This document shows positions 12,331 to 24,200 of a DNA stretch of 64,000 nt, piece after piece. The stretch is from positions 12,090,001 through 12,154,000 of the forward strand of contig NC_081331.1 in assembly GCF_022539665.2 (NCBI RefSeq), given 5' to 3'. Position 1 is the stretch's first letter. Every line of letters starts with the position of its first letter. A program made the position numbers and the translations under genes. The notes beneath the pieces were generated by a model, which saw nothing but the letters and a program-made list of their open reading frames with translations, was not told the DNA's origin and did no database searches. Source of the stretch: Daphnia carinata. Taxonomy: Eukaryota.

Positions 12331-15300
12331 ATTGGCTGCCTTCATCGTATATAACAGGAGCCCCGACGTACGCCGACCTTGCGCAGCAGCGCGGTAGTTA
12401 AGGCTCTATACTGTTGTGTACAGACGACGGCGAGGACAAGCCAGCAGAGGAGTAGAGATAGCGTTGCTGTTCGTACCAGCTGACCGATAGTATCAGCGTT
12501 TTCGTTTTTCTTCTTATATCCCTGTTGACGCGCATTTCGATTCTTTTCTCCATCGTCCAGCAACAATCGAAAGGGTCATTTCCAGACGAAATCGTTATGG
12601 TATTCTTCTTTTTTTTTTTTTTTACAAATCCACTCTTCTTCGTTATCCTCAGTGTTCTTTATTTACTCATGTAAGGAAAAAGAGAGGTCGGCATAGCAGA
12701 CGTTGGGCTTTGGTCACATCATTGCAAACTTGATCAGTTCGCTACTTATTTGCATCTATGATGATGCGAGAAAGAAGGGAGAGTATATTGGACTGCCATG
12801 TTGCCCCAGTGGAGTCCTAGTTGATGATGCCACTATCGACAATGGTAAAAAACAACGAAGCAAAACGGAAAAAAAAATTGTTATTGCCTTTCGCATTCAC
12901 GTTTAAGCTGTAGAACACACAACAAAGATCAGTAAAAGCATCGCATCGTAACTCGTGTAATTTTACTACTCCCTGATAATATGCCTCCCGCTTTCCGGCC
13001 TACTAGTTTATAGGGTTCTATACAGTCGCCTTCCCGTTCAAGTCGGATTGCTTTCTACTTCTTTTTTCTTTTTATCCCATTTCGTTCGTTTCGTGGCAGC
13101 GTTGTCGCCCAGTGCGTGCCTGGGACACTTGCAATTATACCAAGTTAAGTAGATGCTCGCGCTCTTCAGTTTCTTTCATCTCATTCTCTCTTTTCTTTTT
13201 CATTTTCTGGTTGAGTTTTTTTTTCTGCTGGTTGCTGCGGAAAGGCTCTCATCTTCTCGGTTTGCAATTCATTAGTTGCCCGGGGATTCGGTATAGACGA
13301 GACCGAAGGACGTCGTCGCCTTCGTTCTGAATCAAGAAGAAAGTCACTACCAAGTGCTACTGGCAAAAAGAAGAAGTCGAATGCTCTACAGTGAATAAGA
13401 CCGAAATAAGATAAGAAGAACTCAGCAATCAGCCGCTAGTAGAAAGGTTCTTTGCTACTGACGTCTTCAAACCTTCAATGGGTAACAAAAAAATTTGGGG
13501 CGAGGTCAAGATGCCTTCTGCACTTGATTCTGTCCAATCTTTTGCTATACTTCTTGATGAACATCACGTTAATTTACTTTGCCTCTGTAATGGCTTGACA
13601 GCAATAACGGAATTCTTTTTCATTTTTTTCAGTCTTCTTATCACTGGATCATACGGAGACGTCACGATGACACTTGGTTATTGTTTTTATCAGATTGTTG
13701 CACTTTTATTATCGTTTGATGTAACAATTGGGAGATATTACTCCATGTGTATCAACTAGACAACTTCGTCGATTGTAACGATAGTTCTTCGTGGACATTG
13801 CAATAGTACTAGCCATACCACGTCAAGCGAAACGAAAAGCAAACTGAGGGAAATAAAAAACATTTTTTTGTTATTCATTTAATAGTTTTGGGCTGATGGA
13901 CACTAGAGGAAATAAGACAATCATGCGCTTAAACGAACCATTCACTATGATTGGATAGACGGCGACGAATCTGATTTTGGACCGCCAGCACGCTGATGGT
14001 ATTCCGCACCCAAACAGCGTACTAAGATTATACCCTATTGTTGGAGCAAATCAAACAGAAAAGAGACAGACGAAACAGGGAGCCCAAGTTGGTCCTGTTC
14101 AAGCTCCTGCTACGTTATTGATTCGCGCACAAGAAAAAAGAAAACCTATCCTATACATTGGGATGCTGGGGAGAAAAAAATAAAAATAAACCAACATATA
14201 AGAATGCGACAATCTAAAAAAAAAAAAACATTTTCAATAAATCAAGCAACGAGAACTTTACCCGGCATATTCGGTTGATTATTTGCTCAATCCTTTTTCC
14301 TTCAATGTTTTGGCATTGTGTTGACTTGTCGTTCATGGAAGTAAACTCTGGTAGGTTGGACGTGTATGTACCATGACTAAAACAAAGTGAATCTACTGCA
14401 CACACGCGGACGCAAACGAAATAAAATACATAACGCTGAGGAAAAAGTTCCATAAGTGGAAATCGATGCCAAGCGAAAAAATGGCAAACAAACAAAAAAA
14501 AAATAAGCTTAGCTTTTAGCTAAAAAAAGGAGGGGGGAATCCTTCACACCCATTCATTGCTAGATAGTTAAAAAAGGGAAGGGAGAGGAACGAAAGTAAG
14601 CATCGATTTGCCGGATGAGAACCAAGTAACATTGCAAAGGCAAAATAATGATCATCAGTAGCTTTGGACAAAATCCGCAAAATTTATTAGTTACTTTTTC
14701 CAGGCTGTAATGACGTTGTTGATTCTCCCGTCGGAGATCACTCTAATAGTTCCGAAAGAGGAAACATTACCGAAAGAACAATTAGTAATGGAAAGCAATG
14801 ATCACTTTCTGCTATGAAAGCATTTGCTGAACTGGAACAGAATAGCAGGACTATATACAACTGGGAACACCAGAAACATCAACTACTAGTATAGATGCGA
14901 ATTGGCTCGCGTTCAATACACGTCCGTCACTCAGCATGAGATAACACACAAAAAAAGGGAGAGAAAGATCGAACGCAGGAATGGGACAGGAATCACGCGG
15001 TTCACCGGATTGTGAACCTGTACGCTATCAGGGAGTCGTGATACTCAGAAAAAAGAATGATGACGATGTAGAGAACACAAGAAGCAAAAGAGGAAGACAA
15101 AACGGATGTACACTGTAGGCAGGATCTGTATTACGTACGAGATTGTGGATCTCTGTCGCAGTTATTTCTTGTCGTATCCATGGCCGATGATGCCTCACAT
15201 ACGTAACAACGAACTATCCCTATGTTTGGCTGCTTGTGCCGCATCCACGTCATTCTATCTCAATCCGTTTGATGTTAGGAATCGGGGATTTACCCCCCCC

Positions 15301-18186
15301 CCCTTCCTGCTTCCCCGAACCGACCAAAAATAAATGCGGAACTCCCGCCAATTCAATGGATACTAATAAAACCGATTTCAGCGAATCCATTAGAGTAAGG
15401 TTAAAAACATAATGAGGCGTCGTCCGGCTGCAGCTAGCCAACACATAGTTCCGATTTAAGCCGTCTCTATAAAGCTTATGGACACGAAACCTTTTTGATT
15501 TCTTTATCCTAGAGTTGACTTTTGTCTTGGCTTCATAATGATCCACAGGGGGAAAAACTTGCCAAACCGGACCTTTTATTATTAAACACAATCATTTCGC
15601 TCAAAAGCATGTCGCGTAGTGACGCACAACAAAAAAACCTTGGAGTGAAAACACTAATCTTTCCATTCTTGCTAAGCTATTCGCTGTGTGTGACCTAAAC
15701 CAATCTACGAAGACCCATTTACCTGTCACGGGTTTAGTGATCAGTTAATCAATATTTGATTCTCGTCTCCTGGCCATTTTTGGCAGCTATTAATACGGCT
15801 TTGTATGTTGGAGATCAAGCTTCGCCCACACTCAATAAACTCTAAAGAGGTTAGAGCTGTTTTTGGTTTGCGCTACATCAATAATAATAACAAGGTTGGC
15901 ATTTGTTTGATATATAGTCAGGCGAATCCGTATCCGTCTCAGTTCCCTATGTTCTATATACCCAGGACGTTTCATGTGCGCAGTATGTATGTTAGGGACT
16001 TGAATGACATGTCGTGCATATCTTGGAAAGAAAAAATCCCACCAATCTGTCATGCACGTGTGAAGTATCATCAGTATTGATAGATATAGAGGTTCGCAAG
16101 TCATAACTTATATCGTCTATATTATCCTGATTAACCCAAAGGTTTTGCTGCATATGAATCAGATGTACATCACAACAAGCTTTTTGCGCATAGGGTTGTA
16201 AAAAAATACACGTGCATTACCATATTTTATGGCAAGCAGATGACATCACAATGTTACTTGTATATGGTATATTTACTGGATATGGAAATCTGTTGTTTCT
16301 ACGTAATGCATACTAACTAAGTAATCCATTACGCATCACGCAATCGTCCCTATTTTTTTTTTTACTTCACTTTTCTCAACACATACCCTATAACTGCACG
16401 TCCTTCGTCAAACATTGCGACGCTATTTGATAAAAATCGACCCAACAACGAATCCCAAAATATGTAACCTCAAGGCAGGCGTAACTATTGTCAGTCGCTA
16501 AAGGACTAATGGCGCATTGCCCACATCGTAATAATTCAGATCGATGGGGACAAACAGACCTATTGGTCGCTTGATACCGGCCATCATGGTTGGACTGATC
16601 GCTATAGGGATGGCTGTGCAACTATTACAAGTCTATCTATTATTATGTAACATAGCATGAAAAACTCCGCATTAATTACAAAAAAATTTTAAGCCGTTGT
16701 GCATAAATTGAAAATAAAATCTCAGATTCGGGTTCTGTTTAGCGGTTCTGGTAGTTTTAGTTTCCAATGATTTCATTTTCTTCTGAATTTTTTGAAAATA
16801 GTTTTACTTTGTAGTAACGTTGAAACGAGAAATCAACCCTTTGATAACTTCTACAGAAAGGGAAGAGCCAATGAAGTGGAGGATGCTGGAAGATTTTCTT
16901 TCTTGATCTTTGGCTATTCAGAATATTGCGTAAACGTTTTTTCGTTTGAATACTGTGAACTTTAAACCGTCTTGTAGTAGAGCTACAACCGGTAGTCCAG
17001 TCCATACAAGATAGACACGCACTTTCGTGATTGGTGTTTAGACAACATATAAAAATCCTTCTTTGGGTAGTTTGCTTTCATCTCTTTCTGAAACACGACG
17101 TAATGTCCAGCCGCCCCAAGATGAACTCGACTTTGCGTTCGTTTTGTTGAACGGTATACAGTTTACGTGAGACATCTACACAATAAGCACCTTAAGAAGT
17201 TCACGAAATAAGAGTTTCTTGAATTCTTCGTCATCCTGTGACAAAACGATGTGGATAAATCAAGGTGTTTACAACTTTTTAAAATCCATTTAATTATCGT
17301 ACGTACACGCGCTATTCAGATAAGAACATGGTGTACGCTTTTTGCAGTTTTCGAGGAATAGAACAATAAAAACAAAGCTAAAAGTAATTAAACGAAAAGT
17401 TAAGTTTCAAGCACTCAAAAAACAAAATAAAAATGGAACGAGTAGTTTCGTTTCTTAAACTATGCATCAGTGCACAAATTGCCTATATGCATTATTTTCC
17501 GTCTTTCATCGAAACTTCGGCTGGAGACATAGTCTAGTTTTCAAACTGGAATCATTCAAATACCAATTTGTAAATCCCTACAGCAAGTCTTCATTTATTG
17601 ATTTTCTTCTTTTTTTTTGTCTTCTACGACGCAGTTGTTATGCAGTTTTCCTTTTTCTTGATCCCTGTCAACTTACATGGGGTTCCCCACAAGAGCCAGA
17701 AAATTTGATAAATTGACATCCTGCCTGCCAGCAGGTCTACCACGATGTTAAAGTTTCACAGACTTTTTGAGGGTATTGTATTGATTTCACTGCGGTTGGG
17801 TTTTTGACGGGAAAAAAATAAAAACAAGTAGGCCTTTTAACTTTGCAAGTCGCTTAAATTTTGTTTTTGCGCTAAATGTACAGCCATTTTTGTCCTGAGA
17901 TGTAAACGTTGTAGATAATCGGTCAATGTGTTTCAGGGGTATTATGCAAAACCTGATTGGTTGTTCCAACTGCAAGTAAAGGGGTTCACTTGAGAACCAC
18001 TCCTATACAAATTTCCAATAGAGATTTTGCCTTGATGATTAATATACCCAACAATGATCTACTCTATACTTGAACGCTAATTTCTATTAAGGTATTGGTT
18101 TTTTGGTTAAACCAGCTGATTTAAAAATAAAAGAAAACAAAGTAGGCCTACTGTTCCCGCCCAACTTTTTTTCGTTTTTTTTCGCG

Positions 18187-19440
18187 TATAGATCTAGTAA
18201 AATTTGTAAAACTTAAGCTCGTACTAAAACGGCGATGACGATGGACGATTTTGCTTTGACGAAGTATTTAAGTCTTGAACTAACCGTTAAAAACCAGTTT
18301 AAAGAATACCGCGCCAATACGCGAGACCACTAACGCGATGCAGCACAAATCTTCGATGTATTTAAAAAACGGTTAGCCTAGTAAAAAAAAAAAAAATTTT
18401 ACCAGAATCAGCATTCAGTTTTGAATATGTCCTGTGATATTCAACCAATTCCGATGATTGCCGGTTTTTGCAGAAAACAATTTTGAGCCCGATTAAATAA
18501 GCCCGACTAAATAAGCCCGACTTCTTATTTTTTGCACGCACATTCAGCGTAATTAAAAAACAGCTAACTTGACAAGAAACCGGTGGCTTTTTCTGAATCA
18601 TTTTTGGCAAAATTTTAAATTTCGCCCAAAATACAGGATTTAGATTCAGAATTGAATGCTTATCGTGGAAATCAAATTTATTTTCCAATGGGCCTTAGGG
18701 TTTTTTAATTAAACTTAAAAAACGAAAAATTAAGAAAAGTCGGGCTTATTTACTCGGGCTTATTTAGTCGGGCTTAAAATTTTTTCTGCAAAAACTGACA
18801 CTCATTGGAATCGGTTGAATATCACAGGGTATACTTACAATTGAATGCAGATTTCAATAAAATTGCTATTTTTTTCATTAAATCACTTGTTTTTTAAATA
18901 CCCAATGTTTTTTAAATAAACCGAATATTTGACACTATGCTAACGCGCCAGTACGCTATAGCGCTAGCGCTATGCAGCAGAATATTCGGTGTACTTCAAA
19001 AACGGTTACCTAAATGAAAAAAAGAACAATTTTCCCGGAATCACCATTAAATTTTGAGTATATTCTGCGATTTTCAAGAAATTCCAATGAGTGTTAAATT
19101 TTACAGATTTTTGAGGGAAAATTCCCACGGTATTGGCGCTGGTTCGCACCAGCGCGCCAGTACGCTACAGCGTTAGCGATGTAGCAAGAAAATTCGGTGT
19201 ATTTTAAAAACCGTTAACTTAATGAAAAACAAAACAATTTTATCGGAATCAGCATTCAATTATGAGTATATGCTGTAGTATTTAACCAATTCCAATGAGT
19301 GCAAGTTTTTGCAGATTTTTGAGGCAAAATTCCCACGGTACTGCGCCGGGGCGTACTGGCGCGCTTGTTTTTAAACTGGTTATCCGTTGTCATTACCATT
19401 TGAATACAGAGTTAAATTTTGTAATTTTACTATATCTAGA
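18187..19440. mobile_element. Non-autonomous foldback/MITE-like element with degenerate terminal inverted repeats and modular internal repeats
   Basis: Left arm 18187-18322 (TATAGATCTAGTAAAATT...AACCAGTTTAAAGAATACCGCGCCAATACGC) is an imperfect reverse complement of 19351-19440. An internal unit recurs at about 18311, 18945 and 19154 (last two 209 bp apart). 18358-18561 is inverted against 18700-18901, including 3x TAAATAAGCCCGA vs 3x TCGGGCTTATTTA. No transposase ORF and no TSD recognised. Confidence 0.75.
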
Positions 19441-19529
19441 TTTTTATAAAAACTTTTACTCGCGTTCGGTCCCCCATCTATTGTTACAAGTGCACAAGAT
19501 ATTTTTTTGTTTTTTCCGTTTCCGCGTTT

Positions 19530-21113
19530 AATAAACTTGATTACATCCAGCAGCACACATAAAGCTCAAATGACACATTATTTTTTTCTTTTTCTTCTTC
19601 ATACCAGAACACATCCAGAATACATCAAAAAGGTTGATGGATTTTTACTTTGTATCTTTTTTCTTGCAATGTCTCCTTGGTAAACCGCGGATATTCTTTT
19701 CTCCTGATTGGGGCTATATAAAAATAGAGAAACAACTTCTTATCTATAACATGTGGCCAAGCAATGTTCCTTTTTCCTTTTTTTGGTTGGTTGATTTTTT
19801 GCCGTTTTTCTTTATGGATCATCGATATAACTGTATATAATAATAATATATATATGTATATATATATATATATAAATGGATAGAGATAAATTGTGGAATC
19901 CGTATATGAACACCCTGGAAAATATGCGTTTTTTTTGTTTTTTTTTGTTTTTAGACATGTGTGTAGGATTTTAAACCAAAGCATAACGTGGTTGATTGTT
20001 TTTTGAAGGAGGAGAGCCAAAGGTTTACGTTTGCATCCATCGAATCCAGTAGACACAGGAAAAAGTAGAGATATGTGGAGTGAGAGAGCGAAGGAGTGGC
20101 TAAGAACAAAATGAGGGAAAACAAAACAAAACAAAAAAAAAAGATTGGCACAACAAATGTCGTTCGATTTTTTTCCATCATGTCTATGGGAAATGTTTGA
20201 CTTCTCGCGTGATTTTCTGTTTTGGTTTTCGTTATTATTACAATTTCTTTCTTTGCGAATGCCATGGGTAACTTGGAAAGAGGGAACGAATCAAAGGACA
20301 GATAACAGAGAGAACGTTTGCCGACTAAAGTACTCGATTGGAAGGACTAAACATAAACACGAATCAATCGACGGTAAATTTCACGGACGAAAAGGAAAAC
20401 CAAAAAAAAAAAAAAGAAAACGAAACAAAAATAAGTGGAATAATTCTCTTCATAGCGCACACCCGAAAGAGGAAAATGATAAGAAAAAAAATAAGAATTG
20501 TAGAATATTTGTGAAAGAAAAATCCTAATCCAAACGAAAACTGAAAAAATCGTAACCATAGTATATAAATCATGCCCTTGTCGATGAGGAATGTGGCCAA
20601 TAGCAAGTGACAAAAATCCGGGAAACAACTTGTCCAGAGATAATGGGCCATGGGTGGAGGAGACGGAGGAAAGATTTGCAAGAAAATATCAACAGAGATA
20701 CGTCGATACACGCAATTGGATAAGTCTCTTTTGCTTTAAATGTTAGAGGTGGCCATCGTTTCACTCTTTTCTGAAAAACAAAAAAATACCTTGGAGTAGC
20801 AAATTCATCGGTAATAATTATAATAATCGTAGTGTAGTGGGGTAGATTAGGAATATCATAGACTATATAATAGAAAAATTGATATGGAATTAAACAATGC
20901 CGGATCGAAGGGAAGCGGTGGATGTAATGTGCGCTTTAGTCATCTGAAAATGTTGTGTCGTTAGAGCCTGGCTCGAACTGATAGAAAGAAGCCAATGGGT
21001 GTGGGCATCCATCAATCTTTGTAGTTTTCGTTACTTTATCCAGTTTTTTTTTTCCTCTTTCGCTATCACACAATCACGCACTCTCAACCAATATGTTTGC
21101 TGCTCATTTTTCT
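19530..21113 (-). other. Probable long U-rich 3' UTR of FNDC3 (3' end approximate)
   Basis: A-rich on plus (U-rich in the mRNA) with no coding signal downstream of the stop. Possible ATTAAA on the minus strand near 19527-19532. Confidence 0.45.
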
Positions 21114-21233
21114 TCACTTAACACCAAGGTGATCCATCACAACAGCGATCATAATGGCAATGACGATGAACGCGGCGATAATGATGAGAACAACGTGCTG
21201 ATCTGTCAGTCGTTTCGGCATCTTGCTCGCCAT
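21114..21233 (-). CDS. FNDC3: FNDC3 last coding exon (C-terminal transmembrane tail anchor; absent from the ORF track)
   Basis: Acceptor CTTCTAG|; manual translation MASKMPKRLTDQHVVLIIIAAFIVIAIMIAVVMDHLGVK-stop (TGA at 21116-21114). LTDQ followed by a hydrophobic helix matches the FNDC3 C-terminus. Confidence 0.9.
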   Translation of the reverse strand: MASKMPKRLTDQHVVLIIIAAFIVIAIMIAVVMDHLGVK

Positions 21234-24200
21234 CTAGAAGCGTGAAAAGAAAACAAGACGAAGAAAATGTGAACGAACGACGAAGAAAAATCGATAAGAA
21301 AAATCAGATTAGGATACAGGCAAAAGCTACCGTGAACTCACCACACAGGGCGCTATTTTTCAAACATAACATTTTTTCTCCAATTACTGTTTTCTTTTAC
21401 CTGACTGGAAGAATTCTGCTGCGAATCGATCGTCGACTGCTGCTCGGCTTGACTTGATGGAGTGCAAAATGTTTTCAGAGGTGAATAAGCTCCTGGAATC
21501 TCACCATCTTGGCACAAACGGATTGGACAAACCCTGACAGCGTATTCGGTGCGCGATTCTAATCCGTCCACGGCCATTTCGCTTTCCGAGCACCGTCTCG
21601 TCTGCGTCATCGTTCATTTAAAGGATTACAAAGCGTGACAATCAAACTATACCAACACGAAAGTACCACTATAGGTTCCGGTGATTCTCTGGTCCGTATC
21701 ACCTCTACGAGATAGATGATGCTGTCGCTGGATACAGGTAATCGATAGGCTGACCAAACGATACGGCAGCTAGTTTCCGTCAGGTCCAAAACTTCCGGTT
21801 CTGTGAACATCAATAGAGACACACGAATACGTCAATGCCGTGTATCGATAAAGATGCTGGGGCGCTTATAATTCAATAAAAGTTTACTTTTCAGAGTGGG
21901 CGGTGGGGCTCTGGTCGTCGTGAATACGATGTCTTCGGAATAAGGTCCCTCACCCACTTCGTTGCGAGCGCATATCCGGAACGTGTAAGAGGTCGATTCT
22001 TTGAGTTTCGGTACTCGGTAGCTATGACTCGTGCCTTCATAAACTAGATAGTACCTAATTAAAAAAAAAAGAAAAGTTGTGAACTGCCATGAATATTTCT
22101 TTCGAGTGGTTCATGAAATCAAATTGACGCATGGGAAATCTTGCCGTACTTGTCGCTGCTGTCTTCTTGCATTTCCACAGAGTAGTGGATGAAATCAAGG
22201 TTTTTGCCATCGGCCCAGCGCAGTTTCAGGCTGTTATGATTGGCTTGAACGCACTCGAGCCGTGGTGCGTCGGGTGGTAAAGGTCGAGTACTGAACTTGA
22301 AAGCTGTCGAGTAAGGACCGACGCCGATAGCGTTAGCTGCTTGAACGCGAACTCTGTAAATGGCACATTGCACAAAAGTAGGGGAATAATATTTAAAGTT
22401 TAGAGCGAGAGAGAGAGAGATCGAGCAGTCATATATTGAACGAAACCGACCTGTAGGTGGTATCGGGAGTCAGAGAATTGGCGTCAAAGGTAGTTGAGGC
22501 ATCGTTGGTGGGGAACGTTCCCCTATCACCGATTTCCACGTTGTAGTGCGTGATGGACGAGCCGTTGCAATGAGGAGCGTTCCACGAAAGGCTGAGACTG
22601 GTCGCCGTGACGGAAGTGCATCGTAAACCCGAAACGGATGCCGGAGATGATGCCAGTGTAGTCACTGAAGAAACTGGAGAGAACACGCTGACGCCGATGG
22701 CATTAACGGCCTACAAGAGAAAAAGAACAACATCGCGAATGTGAAAATGCGTAACTAAAAAATAAACAAAAAAAAGTTATGTAAAAATACTTGAACACGG
22801 AAATGGTAAGTGGTCCATGGGTGTAATCCTTTGGCTTCGAGCTGCTTTGCTGGCCCACTGTGATAGGGCGTGAAAATGAGTTGATCTACATCAACCGATT
22901 CTTCTGCATGGCCGTTCGTTTGCACCTCCCCAGAGTCGTTCAATGAACAGACGCTAGGGCTCTTGGTGACACGTGGATGAGGTGCCATTTCCAAACGATA
23001 TTCATGGACAGCAGAGCCATTGTTGTCAGGCTCGTTCCAGACGAGCGACACCGAATGCGCCGATCGATTGGTTACCAACGGCTGAACCGGAGCACTGGGA
23101 ACACCTGGACCGCTCTTGATCTCAAATGACTCGGACCATGGACCGAACTAAACGCGAACAAGACATAAATCATATTCGTCATAATAATAGACCTTTTCTT
23201 TGAATTTATGAGCGGAAAATAGCAGGAAAAATGGAACGTACTCCGATACGATTGCTGGCCCGCACTTGAAACGCGTAGCACCTTCCAGGAAGAAGAGACG
23301 CAACGAGGCATTCGGTCTCATAGCCGGAGAAGACGATTCTGGTACTGTTATCCGGGTTGATCATGTTTACTTCGTACTGGGTTACCAGCGATCCGCCATC
23401 GTATTCCGGCTTTGCTATTATTTGAAAAAGAATTCAGAATTCAATTGAAATGCCGTCAGCAAAATGCAACCACAAGAGCCATTCACAAACAATTTTCATT
23501 GTTGTTGTTGTTGTTGTTGTTGTTATTATTATTTACCCCATCCTAGTTGCAAACTGGTAGATCGCACTTTGCCCACTAAATGTGGAACGGCCGGGGCTCC
23601 GGGACAAACGGGCTCCGTCGTGACGATTAACGTCTCCGAGGCGTCGCTGTGCTCTTGACCGTTAAAACAAGAGATCCGGACGCGGTAAGTGGTGCCAGGG
23701 GTCAGTTTATCGCAGGTGAATTCTGTTTCGGCCCCGTTCCAGACGGGTGAAAAGCCTGCGCCAGAATCTATTTCCAGGGAGTATTGTTTAACGGGCGCGC
23801 CACCCGTGTCCAATGGCGGGTCCCAACGAACGCGGAAACTGTGCGCCTGGATGCGTCCCTTGACGCTGGGCCGAGCGGGAGCCGCTGGCCGGTCTGCCGT
23901 CGTGGACATGCTCGTCTCATCCGACCATCTCGACAGGCCGTCGTCATTTTGGGCTTGCAACTGTATAACAAGATCAACAACGCAATTCGTTTAACACGGG
24001 GGAGGAAAATGTCAAAAGGCCATGGCGAACAACTCAGCCATTTGCACTCAAACTGCTAATTCAATCCATCACCCATTTGATTGGATCAATCGGAGTAGAG
24101 CCGTTCACCCAACTTTCAAAACTTGACACGTCCCACGTGACTTACTCTGAATCGGTAAGAAGTGCTGCGAGTGAGGCCGGTGCAGGCGTATTCGTTGTCG

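Noticed and set aside
18311..19350. Regularly spaced repeats considered as a CRISPR-like array
   Set aside because: Whole ~200-bp units are homologous with no unique spacers, there are no cas genes, and the context is eukaryotic.
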